From Pirellulales bacterium (GTDB taxonomy: Bacteria > Planctomycetota > Planctomycetia > Pirellulales > UBA1268), in assembly GCA_040397545.1 (NCBI GenBank), contig JBBAVV010000022.1:4174-68173 (forward strand): a stretch of DNA of 64,000 nt. The letters run 5' to 3'. Below, piece by piece: positions 9,597 through 19,371 of this stretch. The position numbers and the translations under genes were made by a program. Below the pieces are notes generated by a model, which was not told the origin of the DNA, did no database searches, and saw nothing but the letters and a program-made list of their open reading frames with translations. Every line of letters starts with the position of its first letter. Position 1 is the stretch's first letter.

Positions 9597-10859
9597 TCAG
9601 GCTGTGGCGCGTTCCGCGGCGAGTGTGGCGGCGAACGTGATCTCGTCGCCGTGCTCCCGGCAGGCCTTCCGCAGCGGGCCGAAGTCGCCGGAGGCCGCCG
9701 CCATGTCGACCAGCGAGGGCAGCATCCCGGTGGCCTGGAGGAGGCTCGGTCCGGAATCGTCGCGCGGCCGATCGAGCGCGGCGTGGAGCGCCTCGGCGGG
9801 GCGGGCGAGCCGCCAGAGGAGGAGGACAAGCACGTCGCCGGGGAGTGATCCCTCCTGTTCCACCTTTGCCAGCACTGCCGCCTTGCGAAAGAAGGCGATC
9901 GCCCCCTCGACGTCGATCCCGAGCTGGGCGCCGTAGAAGAGCCGTGAGGCCGCGCCGACGTTCTCGAACGGGGGCTCGCCGGGGTAGACGCTCTCCCTCG
10001 GTAGGCGACAGGCATAGCAGGCGAGCTCCCACGCCCGGCGCAGCGTGACGTGGTCGGTGCAGACCCTCGCGATCCGCAGCACCGACTGGAGGTGCGAAAC
10101 GTCGACATGGACGGCCGGGTCGTCGTTCAATCCACCGGCCGCCTCGAGGACACCGGTGAGCGAGGCATCGGGGCCGGGCTCGACCGGGATGCCCCGGCGG
10201 TGGAGATCGTGAACGAGCGAGGCGAGCACCTCACGGTGGAGATGGGCGACGAGGAGATCGGCCGCGGGACGCTGCCGCGCCGCGGGGAGCCGCGAGACCG
10301 CCTGCTCGTAGGCAGTGATCGTGTTGCAGGTGCCGTTGCGGGCCAGGAGCAGCTTCAGGCCGAGGGCCGGATCGGCCCCCTCCCACAGCGCCACATGGAT
10401 GATCTCCTGGATCGTCTCGTCGGCCCGTTCGGCATCAGGGGCGTCGTCGGTGGCCGGCGGGGGATCGCTCGTCGTGGCCGGGACCTCGACGCGCTCGGCG
10501 AGCGCCGCCATCCGCCGCCCCATCTCCTCAGGTTCGACCGCCGCGCGGAGATACATCCAGCCGGCCGCCACCTTCCCCTCTTCGACGAGTGGCCAGCCCA
10601 CCTCGCGGCAGGCCTCGAGCGACTTCGCCTCGAGCGCCGCCTGTTTCTCCGCGGGGATCGTCCGCGAGTCGCCAGCGAGCGGCAGGCCGAGCGCGGCTCG
10701 TGCCTCCATGAGGCGGGCGTCGAAGAGAGAGTGCCAGCGCTGCCGGGCGGCAAGCGAGGCGGTGAGCTCGGCGAACATCCCCTCCAGGCCGCGTGCGGCG
10801 ACCGTGGCGGCAAGCGTGTCACACAGTTCGCTCGATCCAGTGGGGGAACCGTCGTTCAC
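9597..10859 (-). CDS. Hypothetical protein (alpha-helical, cytoplasmic)
   Basis: 420-codon ORF with protein-like composition. It fills the gap between neighbouring genes, and the overlapping frames are low-complexity Arg/Pro. No family recognised. Confidence 0.6.
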   Translation of the reverse strand: MNDGSPTGSSELCDTLAATVAARGLEGMFAELTASLAARQRWHSLFDARLMEARAALGLPLAGDSRTIPAEKQAALEAKSLEACREVGWPLVEEGKVAAGWMYLRAAVEPEEMGRRMAALAERVEVPATTSDPPPATDDAPDAERADETIQEIIHVALWEGADPALGLKLLLARNGTCNTITAYEQAVSRLPAARQRPAADLLVAHLHREVLASLVHDLHRRGIPVEPGPDASLTGVLEAAGGLNDDPAVHVDVSHLQSVLRIARVCTDHVTLRRAWELACYACRLPRESVYPGEPPFENVGAASRLFYGAQLGIDVEGAIAFFRKAAVLAKVEQEGSLPGDVLVLLLWRLARPAEALHAALDRPRDDSGPSLLQATGMLPSLVDMAAASGDFGPLRKACREHGDEITFAATLAAERATA

Positions 10860-10904
10860 GGGGACCTCGGTAGGGGAGAGAGGGGATGAGGGGCGAAGCG
10901 TTGG

Positions 10905-11780
10905 TCAATCGCGCTGACCCTGCCGGAGACTTTCGTAGGCGAGGACGGCGGCGGTGGCCGAGACGTTGAGGCTGTCGGCGGCGCCGTGCATCGGGAGATG
11001 GACCGACTCGAGGACGATCTTCCCCGCATCGGCCGCTTCCTGCCAGGCGGGCGAGATGCCGTGGGCCTCGCTGCCGAGAAGGATTGCGGTAGCGCCGGCG
11101 AGCCGCGCCTGGTGCCAGGGGATCGATCCCTGCGGGCGGGCGGCGATCACGCGGCGCGGGGCGCTCGAACACCAGGCTATCGTCTCGGCAGTGTCGGCGC
11201 TCGAGAGCTTCACGGAGAAGACGGCCCCGAGGCTCGCCCGGATGACCGCCGGGTTGGCCGGATCGGTCCGCGCGTCGCAGGCGATCACGCCAGCGAGCCC
11301 GGCGGCGTCGGCGGTGCGGAGGATGGCGCCGAGATTTCCCGGTTTTTCGACCCCTTCAACGATCAGGACCGGACGGTCGGCAAGCGTCGTCCAGTCGGAG
11401 AGCGGGCCGGGGCGGAAGCGGACGATGCCGACGCAGCCTTCGTTGCGGCTGCCGAAGGCCAGTTTCTCGAACGCCGGCTTGGAGAGGAGCGTGATCCGCG
11501 TACCCCCCGCCACCACCTCGGCGAGCCAGGAGTCGAGATCGGCCCCCGACGGCAGGCCGGTGGCATCGGCATCGTGTCTGCCGGCATCGGCGCGGGCGAG
11601 GATCGATTCGTCCAGAAACAAGTCCACGAGGGGAATGCCCGCGGCCAGCGCCCGGCGCACCTCGCGGCCGCCGTCGACGGGCGTCAGGCCGCTATCGCGG
11701 CGCGCCTGGGGCTCACGGAGCCGGGCAGCTTCCCGCAGGCGGGGGTTGGCGGTGCTCGTGATGATGTCGTGCGGGATCAT
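10905..11780 (-). CDS. TrmH/SpoU-family RNA 2'-O-methyltransferase
   Basis: 'VEGVEKPGNLGAILRTADAAGLAGVIA' and 'IPMHGAADSLNVSATAAVLAYE' are the SpoU methylase motifs. 291 aa. Confidence 0.9.
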   Translation of the reverse strand: MIPHDIITSTANPRLREAARLREPQARRDSGLTPVDGGREVRRALAAGIPLVDLFLDESILARADAGRHDADATGLPSGADLDSWLAEVVAGGTRITLLSKPAFEKLAFGSRNEGCVGIVRFRPGPLSDWTTLADRPVLIVEGVEKPGNLGAILRTADAAGLAGVIACDARTDPANPAVIRASLGAVFSVKLSSADTAETIAWCSSAPRRVIAARPQGSIPWHQARLAGATAILLGSEAHGISPAWQEAADAGKIVLESVHLPMHGAADSLNVSATAAVLAYESLRQGQRD

Positions 11781-11822
11781 GGTGGGGCGGCGGAAGGAGT
11801 CCTGCTCAATCGCTCAATTGTA

Positions 11823-13040
11823 TCAGCCGGCATTCCCGTCGATCGTGGCAACGATCCGCTCGCCGATCGCCAGGCTCGCGGTGGCCGCGGGGGAGGGGGC
11901 ATTGACGACATGGAGGATCCCGTCGCCACGGACGAAATGGAAGTCGTCGACGAGCCGCCCGTCGGGCCACATCGCCTGGGCCCGGACACCGGCGCCGCCG
12001 GGAGCGAGGTCGCGCGGCGTCACCTCGGGAACGAGCTTCTGGAGTGAACGGCAAAAGGCGCCACGGCTCGAGGAGCGGTAGAGCTCGTAGGCCGACATCG
12101 AAGCGTGCCGCGCCACAAACCGCCACAGGGCCGGCGTGGTGAGTGATTCGACGAGGTCGCGGAGATTGATGGAGAGCGGCGTGTAGCCCTCGCGGGCGAA
12201 GGCGAGGACGGCATTGGGTCCAGCCTCGATCCCGCCGTCGATCATCCGCGTGAAGTGGACGCCGAGGAACGGGAAACGCGGGTCGGGGACCGGATAGATG
12301 AGGTGGCGCACGAGGTGCTCCGCAGCGGGGCGGAGGCGGAGATACTCGCCGCGGAACGGGACGATCCGCGCCGCCGGCTTCATTCCCGAAAGCCCCACGA
12401 TCCGGTCGGCGTGCAGCCCGCCGCAATTGATCACCAACTCGGCGCCAACCTCGCCGGCGGTGCTCGCCAATCGCCAGGTGCCGCCGATCCGCTCGATCCG
12501 CGTCACCCGGGCGTTCACGACGACACGCCCCCCGAGCCGCCCGATCTCGCGCTCGAGGGCATCGGCGACCCCGCGGTAGTCGACGATCCCCTCCTGCGGC
12601 ACGTGGATGGCGGCGATCCCCGCGGCATGCGGCTCGAGCTCGCGGATCGCCTCAGGGCAGTCGAGGCGACGGAGGCCGACGAGGCCGTTTTGGGTTCCCC
12701 GTTCCCAGAGCGTGTCGAGCCGGGCCACCTCGGCGGCGTCGGTGGCGACGACGATCTTCCCGCAGATCTCGTGACGGACGCCATGCTCCTGGCAGAACGC
12801 GACCATCTGCCGCAGGCCGCGGACGCTCAAAGCTGCCTTCTCGGAGCCGGGCTTGTAGTACAGCCCACTGTGGAGGACGCCGCTGTTGTGGGTCGACTGC
12901 TGCGAGGCGACCTTGGCATCCTTTTCCAGCAGCGTCACCTCGTCGCAGCGCCGCGACTGGAGGAGCCGCCAGGCCGTGGCCAGGCCGACGAGCCCGCCGC
13001 CGACGACCACGACCGACCGCGTTTTGAAGCCGGAATCCAT
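11823..13040 (-). CDS. lhgO: L-2-hydroxyglutarate oxidase (FAD-dependent)
   Basis: 'SVVVVGGGLVGLATAWRL...EVTLLEKDAKVASQQSTHNSGVLHSGLYYKPGSEKA' is the LhgO signature. Start placed at internal ATG 13040 (MDSGFKTRS...) just before the FAD fold; the ORF extends to 13166. Confidence 0.88.
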   Translation of the reverse strand: MDSGFKTRSVVVVGGGLVGLATAWRLLQSRRCDEVTLLEKDAKVASQQSTHNSGVLHSGLYYKPGSEKAALSVRGLRQMVAFCQEHGVRHEICGKIVVATDAAEVARLDTLWERGTQNGLVGLRRLDCPEAIRELEPHAAGIAAIHVPQEGIVDYRGVADALEREIGRLGGRVVVNARVTRIERIGGTWRLASTAGEVGAELVINCGGLHADRIVGLSGMKPAARIVPFRGEYLRLRPAAEHLVRHLIYPVPDPRFPFLGVHFTRMIDGGIEAGPNAVLAFAREGYTPLSINLRDLVESLTTPALWRFVARHASMSAYELYRSSSRGAFCRSLQKLVPEVTPRDLAPGGAGVRAQAMWPDGRLVDDFHFVRGDGILHVVNAPSPAATASLAIGERIVATIDGNAG

Positions 13041-13270
13041 CGGTGAAGTTTCGGTATACTCTCGAGATTCCGCGGCATCCGTACCTTGTCCAGGCATCGG
13101 GCGCATCGCCACCGACGCAGGCCTCGGCCGACATCCGTGCACCGATGAGACTTGAGACTGCGCCATGCGACGCCAAAGCGCTCACTATAGCCGCGGCGAT
13201 CACCTTCAGCGCCGAGAAACCGTCGCCCGTGGCAAGCCGCTGACCGGCTGCTTTCGGCTGGAATCCCCCT

Positions 13271-13309
13271 CTGAACCCACGCTCTGAACTCCCCTGCTGA
13301 ACTCCCCTG
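13271..13309 (+). promoter_or_regulatory. Three tandem 13-bp direct repeats (CTGAACCCACGCT, CTGAACTCCCCTG x2) ending 19 nt upstream of the first gene of the glycan operon
   Basis: Read directly from the sequence. They lie in the 288-bp divergent lhgO/epimerase intergenic region. Confidence 0.4.
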
Positions 13310-13328
13310 CTAGGCCCACCCTCCACCG

Positions 13329-14363
13329 ATGAAACTGCTGGTCACCGGAAATCTGGGATATATCGGTTCGGTCCTCACCGAGGAACTGAAGACCTCCGGC
13401 CACGACGTGGCCGGGCTCGACATCGGCTACTTCCGCGACTGCCGGCTGGCGGAGGCACCGGAGCCGGCGCGGCAATCGGTCAAGGACATCCGCGACGTCG
13501 AGCTCGCGGACTTCGCCGGCTTCGAGGGGGTCGTCCATCTGGCCGCCCTGTCGAACGATCCCCTCGGCGAATTCGCGCCGACGCTCACCGAGGCGATCAA
13601 TTTCGCCGGCACGGTCCGCGCGGCCGAGCTTGCCAAGCGGGCCGGCGTGCGCCGGTTCGTGTTCGCCTCGTCGCAGAGCATGTACGGCGTGTCGACGACG
13701 GATGACGAGCTCGACGAGGACGTGAGCGAGAAGAGACCCGTCACGGCCTATGCCCGGACGAAGTGGGAGGCCGAACTGGCGATCCGGAAGCTCGCCGCGC
13801 CCGGCTTTGTCGTCACGGCCCTGCGGCCGTCGACCGTCTTCGGCGTCAGCCCCCGACTGCGGAGTGACATCGTCTTCAACAATCTGGTCGGATGTGCGTT
13901 CACCCGTGGGCGGATCGAGATCAAGAGCGACGGCACGCCGTGGCGCCCTGTGGTGCATGTGCGCGACGTCTGCCAGGCGTTCCTCGCCGGCCTCACGGCG
14001 CCGGAGGAGATCGTGCAGGGGCGGTCGTTCAACGTCGGCATTCCGAATGGCAATTTCACCGTCCGCGATCTCGCCGAGGCGGCGAGCCGCTGCATGCCCG
14101 GATCGACCCTGACCTTCACTGGCGAGCACGGAAAGGACTCACGCAGTTACCGGGTGTCGTTCCGCCGCATTCTCGGGGAACTGGCGCCTTGGTTCCGCCC
14201 CTCGTGGGATCTCGACCGTGGTGGCCAGGAGCTCGTCCGGTTTTTCCGCGACATCGCCTTCACCGATCAGGACTTCACGGGCCGCAGGACGATCCGCCTG
14301 GAGCATCTGAAACATCTCGTCGCGACCGGCGCCCTCGACCGTGACCTCCGCTGGCAGGCCTGA
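13329..14363 (+). CDS. NAD-dependent epimerase/dehydratase (extended SDR)
   Basis: 'MKLLVTGNLGYIGSVLTEEL' Rossmann motif and 'YARTKWEAE' (YxxxK). 344 aa. Confidence 0.85.
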   Translation: MKLLVTGNLGYIGSVLTEELKTSGHDVAGLDIGYFRDCRLAEAPEPARQSVKDIRDVELADFAGFEGVVHLAALSNDPLGEFAPTLTEAINFAGTVRAAELAKRAGVRRFVFASSQSMYGVSTTDDELDEDVSEKRPVTAYARTKWEAELAIRKLAAPGFVVTALRPSTVFGVSPRLRSDIVFNNLVGCAFTRGRIEIKSDGTPWRPVVHVRDVCQAFLAGLTAPEEIVQGRSFNVGIPNGNFTVRDLAEAASRCMPGSTLTFTGEHGKDSRSYRVSFRRILGELAPWFRPSWDLDRGGQELVRFFRDIAFTDQDFTGRRTIRLEHLKHLVATGALDRDLRWQA

Positions 14364-14379
14364 TCCCCGAGGAGTCCCC

Positions 14380-14919
14380 ATGGAATTCGAACCCCAGTCG
14401 CTGCCCGGCGCGTTTCTCATCAAGCCCAACCTGTTCCACGACGAGCGCGGGGTGTTTCGCCGGCATTTCTGTGCCCGTGAGTTCGCGGCCCACGGCATCG
14501 CATCGCACGTCCTCCAGTCGAATATCTCGGAGAACCGCCATGCCTTCACCCTGCGTGGCTTCCACTACCAACTGCCGCCGCACGGTGAAGGGAAGACCCT
14601 CACCTGCCTGCGCGGCAAGCTCCACGACATCATGGTCGACATGCGTTCCGATTCGCCGACCTTCATGAAGTGGATCTCTTTCGAGCTCGACGGTGTGAAC
14701 CGCCACAGCATCCACATTCCCCCCGGGTGCGCGAATGCCTTCATGACCATGGAGGACGACACCATCGTCTATTACGTCGTGTCGGAGTTCTATCAATCCT
14801 CCGCGGAGCGGGGGGTTCGATGGAATGACCCACGGTTCGGATTCCGCTGGCCACGCGATCCGGCCCACATTTCAGCGAAGGACGCCGGCTGGCCCGACTA
14901 TGTCTCTCCGCAGGCATGA
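14380..14919 (+). CDS. RmlC-like cupin sugar-nucleotide 3,5-epimerase
   Basis: 'FLIKPNLFHDERGVFRRHF...LRGFHYQLPPHGEGKTLTCLRGKLHDIMVDMR...IHIPPGCANAF' matches the dTDP-4-dehydrorhamnose 3,5-epimerase fold family. ATG 14380 follows the stop of the previous gene (14363). Confidence 0.85.
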   Translation: MEFEPQSLPGAFLIKPNLFHDERGVFRRHFCAREFAAHGIASHVLQSNISENRHAFTLRGFHYQLPPHGEGKTLTCLRGKLHDIMVDMRSDSPTFMKWISFELDGVNRHSIHIPPGCANAFMTMEDDTIVYYVVSEFYQSSAERGVRWNDPRFGFRWPRDPAHISAKDAGWPDYVSPQA

Positions 14920-15000
14920 GCGACGAAGAGTTTTCCGTCTCGAGACGCCGATTGGGGCGTTGCGCCGGTGACTCATCGATTTGAAATGATAGGAGACCCC

Positions 15001-16221
15001 ATGATCACGGATCAGGCCGTCATTCTCTGTGGCGGCCGAGGCGAGCGGCTCCGGCCGATGACGGACTCGTTACCCAAGCCGCTGGCGCCCGTTGCTGGTC
15101 GTCCGTTCCTTATGCATCTTCTTGGGCAACTTCGCGATAACGGCTATCGAGAGGCCGTGCTTCTCACTGGTTACCGCGGCGAGATGATCCATGAAAACCT
15201 CGGCGATGGCTCCGACATCGGCATCCGGCTCGAGTATCGCCATGGCCCCGAGGAGTGGCAAACCGCACGTCGATTGTGGGACGCACGGCCGCTCCTGAAA
15301 CCGACTTTTCTTCTGCTTTACGGTGACAACTACGCGACCTATCAGCCGCAGCGGGTCGAGGAGGTCTTTCGAACGCACGGCCGTCTTGGATGCCTGACGG
15401 TTCATCCCCGGGAAACACGGGCAAACGTCGCCGTGAACGCCACCGGTCAGATCACAGCGTACGACCCTACCCGTCGCGTTTCCGGACTCAACGCCGTGGA
15501 AATCGGCTACGCCCTGTTTTCAGCGAAGATCTTCGACTCTTTCACCGGAGCGGACGAGTCCTTCAGTGCGGTTCTTGAACGGCTTTCGGCGGCCCGGCAA
15601 CTCTCTGCCTACCTCCAACGCGACGCCTATCAAAGCATATCGGATCCGCTACGGCTCTCGGCTGCTGACGCCTATTTCACTCCCAAGAAAATACTCCTTA
15701 TCGATCGTGACGGGACGATCAACTGCAAGCCCGAGCGGGCTCGTTACCTTTCGGCCTGGGACGACTGGAGGTTCGTGGTGGAAACGCTCGACGCTCTGAA
15801 GCGTCTGGCGGCAGCCGGATGGGCTTTCATCGTGATCTCCAACCAAGCCGGTGTGGGACGTGGGATGGTGACCGAGGAGCAAGTATGGGAGATCGACCGG
15901 CGGATGAAAGAGGCCCTCGGGCGCGTGGGCGTGCCGATCCTCGGGAGCCACTACTGCTTCCACCACTGGGATGATCACTGCCTGTGCCGTAAGCCGGAGC
16001 CGGGGATGTTTTACGCTGCGGCTCGGGATTTCTCGCTCCGGCTGGACCAGACGTGGTATCTGGGCGACGATCCAAGGGACTGCACGGCGGCTTGGCGAGC
16101 GGGCTGCCGCTGTGGCTACATAGGCCCCCCTAGGGAACTCGATTCGCTGCCTGTGGCAGAAAAACCCGCCGCGATGTTCCCCGACGCCACCGGCTTTGCG
16201 GAAATGCTTCTCCGATCATGA
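15001..16221 (+). CDS. Bifunctional sugar-1-phosphate nucleotidyltransferase (HddC-like) / D,D-heptose-1,7-bisphosphate phosphatase (GmhB-like HAD)
   Basis: N-terminal half 'AVILCGGRGERLRPMTDSLPKPLAPVAGRPFL' (NTP-transferase). C-terminal half 'LIDRDGTIN', 'ISNQAGVGRG', 'YCFHHWDDHCLCRKPEPGM', 'YLGDDPRD' (HAD-IIIA GmhB motifs including the Zn-binding Cys/His set). Confidence 0.85.
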   Translation: MITDQAVILCGGRGERLRPMTDSLPKPLAPVAGRPFLMHLLGQLRDNGYREAVLLTGYRGEMIHENLGDGSDIGIRLEYRHGPEEWQTARRLWDARPLLKPTFLLLYGDNYATYQPQRVEEVFRTHGRLGCLTVHPRETRANVAVNATGQITAYDPTRRVSGLNAVEIGYALFSAKIFDSFTGADESFSAVLERLSAARQLSAYLQRDAYQSISDPLRLSAADAYFTPKKILLIDRDGTINCKPERARYLSAWDDWRFVVETLDALKRLAAAGWAFIVISNQAGVGRGMVTEEQVWEIDRRMKEALGRVGVPILGSHYCFHHWDDHCLCRKPEPGMFYAAARDFSLRLDQTWYLGDDPRDCTAAWRAGCRCGYIGPPRELDSLPVAEKPAAMFPDATGFAEMLLRS

Positions 16222-17204
16222 TCATATCGCGAACGCCATTTCGGGTCAGTTTCATCGGCGGAGGTACAGACCTCGAGAGTTACTACGTGGCGGGTGAAGG
16301 CCGGGTGCTCAGTACGACCATTGACAAGTACATCTACGTCTGCGTGAAGAAACCCGTCGATATCGTGGAGCACCGGTATCGAATCGTGTGGAGCCGCTTG
16401 GAATGCAAGGACCGGATCGAGGACATCGAACATCCCATCGTGCGCGAGACACTCGATTTCCTGAAGATCGATCATCCGGTCGAGATCGTCACGGTAGCGG
16501 ACGTCCCGGCTCAAACCGGGCTGGGGTCATCCAGTGCTTTCGCAGTCGGGTTGTTGAACGCGCTGTATTGCCTCTCTGGAAAGACGGTGACAAAGTACCG
16601 GCTGGCAAGTGAGGCGGCCCATATCGAGATCGAAAGGCTCGGCCGTACGATCGGCAAGCAGGATCACTTCGCGGCGGCGTACGGCAACATCAACACGTTC
16701 ACGTTCTGTTCCAACGGCCGTGTGAGCGTCGATCCGGTACCGTACAACCCGACGACGAAGCGGGCGATCCAGGATCGCCTCATGCTCTTCTACACGGCAT
16801 TGAAGCGCGACGCGAGCAAGGTGCTGGAGACTCAAAGGGGCGGTGAGGATTGTTCGCGGGTGGTGCTTGACGAGTTGGTCAAGTTGGTTGAGCCGGCAGC
16901 CGAGGTGCTCAGGTCAACAGGGTCGCTGCTGCGTTTCGGCGAATTGCTTCACGAGGCTTGGGTGCTGAAACGATCGCTGCCGGGGAGTGTCTCAAACCCT
17001 GAGATCGACGCTCACTACGAGGCTGCTCGGGGTGCCGGGGCGGTCGGTGGAAAGCTGCTCGGTGCGGGTGGAGGAGGCTTTCTCCTGTTCTATGTCGAAC
17101 CCGACCGGCAGAGTGCCGTGCGGGCGGCTCTCGCGAGCCTCTTCGAATTACCGTTTCGGTTTGATGACTCTGGAAGCCGGATAACGTACTACGATGAAAG
17201 GTAG
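16218..17204 (+). CDS. hddA: GHMP kinase, D-glycero-alpha-D-manno-heptose-7-phosphate kinase-like
   Basis: 'MIISRTPFRVSFIGGGTDLESYY' N-terminus and 'PAQTGLGSSSAFAVGL' GHMP motif. ATGA start/stop overlap with the upstream HddC-GmhB gene. Confidence 0.85.
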   Translation: MIISRTPFRVSFIGGGTDLESYYVAGEGRVLSTTIDKYIYVCVKKPVDIVEHRYRIVWSRLECKDRIEDIEHPIVRETLDFLKIDHPVEIVTVADVPAQTGLGSSSAFAVGLLNALYCLSGKTVTKYRLASEAAHIEIERLGRTIGKQDHFAAAYGNINTFTFCSNGRVSVDPVPYNPTTKRAIQDRLMLFYTALKRDASKVLETQRGGEDCSRVVLDELVKLVEPAAEVLRSTGSLLRFGELLHEAWVLKRSLPGSVSNPEIDAHYEAARGAGAVGGKLLGAGGGGFLLFYVEPDRQSAVRAALASLFELPFRFDDSGSRITYYDER

Positions 17205-17288
17205 TTGCCGTGGGATGGCGATGCATTTTACGTAAGGAGCCGTTGTAGCTGGAGTGGGACGTGTTGGTCGCGAAGCGAAAGGACGTGG

Positions 17289-18125
17289 TTGCCAGTGGTC
17301 GTTGAGCCTGAAATCAGCGTGGTGGTGCCGGCCTACAATGCAGCCCGTTATCTGCAGCAGACGATCGAATCCGTCCTGTGCCAGACATTTGCAAAGTGGG
17401 AGCTCGTGATCGTCGATAATGCATCGACAGATGAAACGCATCGGGTCATCGATGATCTCCTGGCGAAGGCCAACGATTCGCGTATTCGGGCAGTGCGAAA
17501 CAATGCTACCGTTGCCGCACCGGAGAATTGGAACATCGCGGTGTCGATGTCCCGGGCAGGTTTGCTGAAGCTTCTGTGTGCCGATGACGTCCTCGAGCCC
17601 GATGCGCTCGAGCGGCAGTATCGCTCTTTGATGGACCATCCGCAGGCCAGCTTTGCGACGAGTGCGAGGCTTCTTATCAACAGTTCAGGGAAGCCGCTTT
17701 TCGTGCGAAATGCCATCGGGAAATCCGGTTTCTATGATGGAAACGCGATGATACGCCGTTGCATCATGTCGGGCACGAATATCATAGGAGAGCCGGTACA
17801 CGTGATGTGGCGACGCTCGGCCATGGAGCGAGTTGGATTGTTCGACCCGGAGGTGGCCTACGCCACGGATGTCGAATATTGGTTGCGTCTGCTCGGCGTT
17901 GGTGGCATGTTTCACGACGTCAAGCCGGTCGGCTGGTACCGCATTCACGCGGACGCCGCAACGACGCGCTTGGCCGCGGTCACGGTTGAGGATTTCGTAC
18001 GTACCGCTCGGAAGCAGGTAGACCGAGGGACCGTCACCTTGAGCGCTTTTGATTTCCGAGTCGTACGTGCGAAATCCTGGTTGAAAAGCAAGGTGAGACA
18101 AGCTCTTTACAAAACGCTTGGGTGA
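17289..18125 (+). CDS. Family 2 glycosyltransferase
   Basis: 'ISVVVPAYNAARYLQQTIESVLCQTFAKWELVIVDNASTDET'. No in-frame ATG before this motif, so the start is taken as TTG 17289 (or GTG 17295) after 'AAAGGA'. The ORF is open from 17205. Confidence 0.85.
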   Translation: MPVVVEPEISVVVPAYNAARYLQQTIESVLCQTFAKWELVIVDNASTDETHRVIDDLLAKANDSRIRAVRNNATVAAPENWNIAVSMSRAGLLKLLCADDVLEPDALERQYRSLMDHPQASFATSARLLINSSGKPLFVRNAIGKSGFYDGNAMIRRCIMSGTNIIGEPVHVMWRRSAMERVGLFDPEVAYATDVEYWLRLLGVGGMFHDVKPVGWYRIHADAATTRLAAVTVEDFVRTARKQVDRGTVTLSAFDFRVVRAKSWLKSKVRQALYKTLG

Positions 18126-18432
18126 AACGCCCGGCTACGGACCGCAAACAGGGCGTCCTTGGGGCGTTGATCCTGTGTTCCTGTCATGCAGCGTCGGGAT
18201 CGCCGGTTCCAGGTCGTGCTTTTTTCCTCAGTGGGTGGCATCGGAGATCTCTGGAAAGTAGCATGCGGCAGCCCTGGTGACACGCAAGTTCGAAAGGGAG
18301 TGTCATGCATGCCATGTCCGGCACAGGAGGGCGAGCAGTGGCCCCGCGCACTTCGCAACTGGCTTTCGTTGAGGCCCCACTTTTTTGTCGGTCGTGCTCT
18401 TCCGCAGAAATGACATAGGAACGGTATGTGAA

Positions 18433-19371
18433 ATGAAGAGCGCAATTGTGACCGGCGCGACCGGACGTCTTGGGTCGGCGCTGGTATCGCACCTTGCAAA
18501 GCAAGGCATCCCGACGTTGGGTGTCGGAAGATTGCCGCCATCCAGCGATACGGTCTTTCATGTGCAGACCACCGGGGAGTGTGTCACCCACGTGGGGCTC
18601 GCTCCTGCGGCTTACAGCGACACAGATTTCCTCGTTGCCAACGTTCCCTGGAAGCCAGCGGGGGAGTGTGTGTTGTTTCACTTGGCATGGGGCGCGGGTG
18701 GCCAACTCGCGACGCCTGACGTTCCCTTGCAGGTGGCGTCGGCGGCAGCGATCTCGGATGCAGTGAATCTGGCGGCAGCGTTCACCTGCTCAAAGCTGGT
18801 CAATGCGGGGAGCCAGCAGGAGCGATTCGTTCAGGATTACCTCGTTGACCGCTGGCCGGAGGTGGCCTACCCGACCAATCAAGGCATCTACGGTGCCGCG
18901 AAGTTGATCGCTCGCGATCTCGGCTCCATTCTTTGCTACATCAAAAAGATCGACTACGTGAACGTGCGCTTCTCGACGTACGTCACGCCGTCACTCGACG
19001 GGGCGGGATATGTCGCTTCCGTCCTCCGGGCGATCAGGGATCGCCGCGGGTATGAACCGCTGCGCAGTCGGCAGTGGACGGAGATTCTGCCCATCGGTGA
19101 GGTAGCCCGGGCGTTCGCCATGATCGGGGCCCAAGGCAAGAACAAAGCCGACTATTATATCGGCACCATCAGGCCGCGTACGCTGACGGAGCTTTTCCGA
19201 TATTTCGAACTCGTCATGGATGGCTCGATGGCGCCGGAGTCGGCCTGGATGTCCGCGCCGCTGAGTGTCGAGGACAGATACCACTTCGATCCCGAGCCGT
19301 TGCGCCGTGAGGTTGGATTCGAACTCCGGGAGACGTTCGAAACTTTGGCTGCGGAGGTTGCTCGACGATGA
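18433..19371 (+). CDS. NAD(P)-dependent epimerase/dehydratase/reductase (SDR)
   Basis: 'MKSAIVTGATGRLGSALVSHL' and 'YGAAKLIARD' (YxxxK). Start at ATG 18433. Confidence 0.8.
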   Translation: MKSAIVTGATGRLGSALVSHLAKQGIPTLGVGRLPPSSDTVFHVQTTGECVTHVGLAPAAYSDTDFLVANVPWKPAGECVLFHLAWGAGGQLATPDVPLQVASAAAISDAVNLAAAFTCSKLVNAGSQQERFVQDYLVDRWPEVAYPTNQGIYGAAKLIARDLGSILCYIKKIDYVNVRFSTYVTPSLDGAGYVASVLRAIRDRRGYEPLRSRQWTEILPIGEVARAFAMIGAQGKNKADYYIGTIRPRTLTELFRYFELVMDGSMAPESAWMSAPLSVEDRYHFDPEPLRREVGFELRETFETLAAEVARR

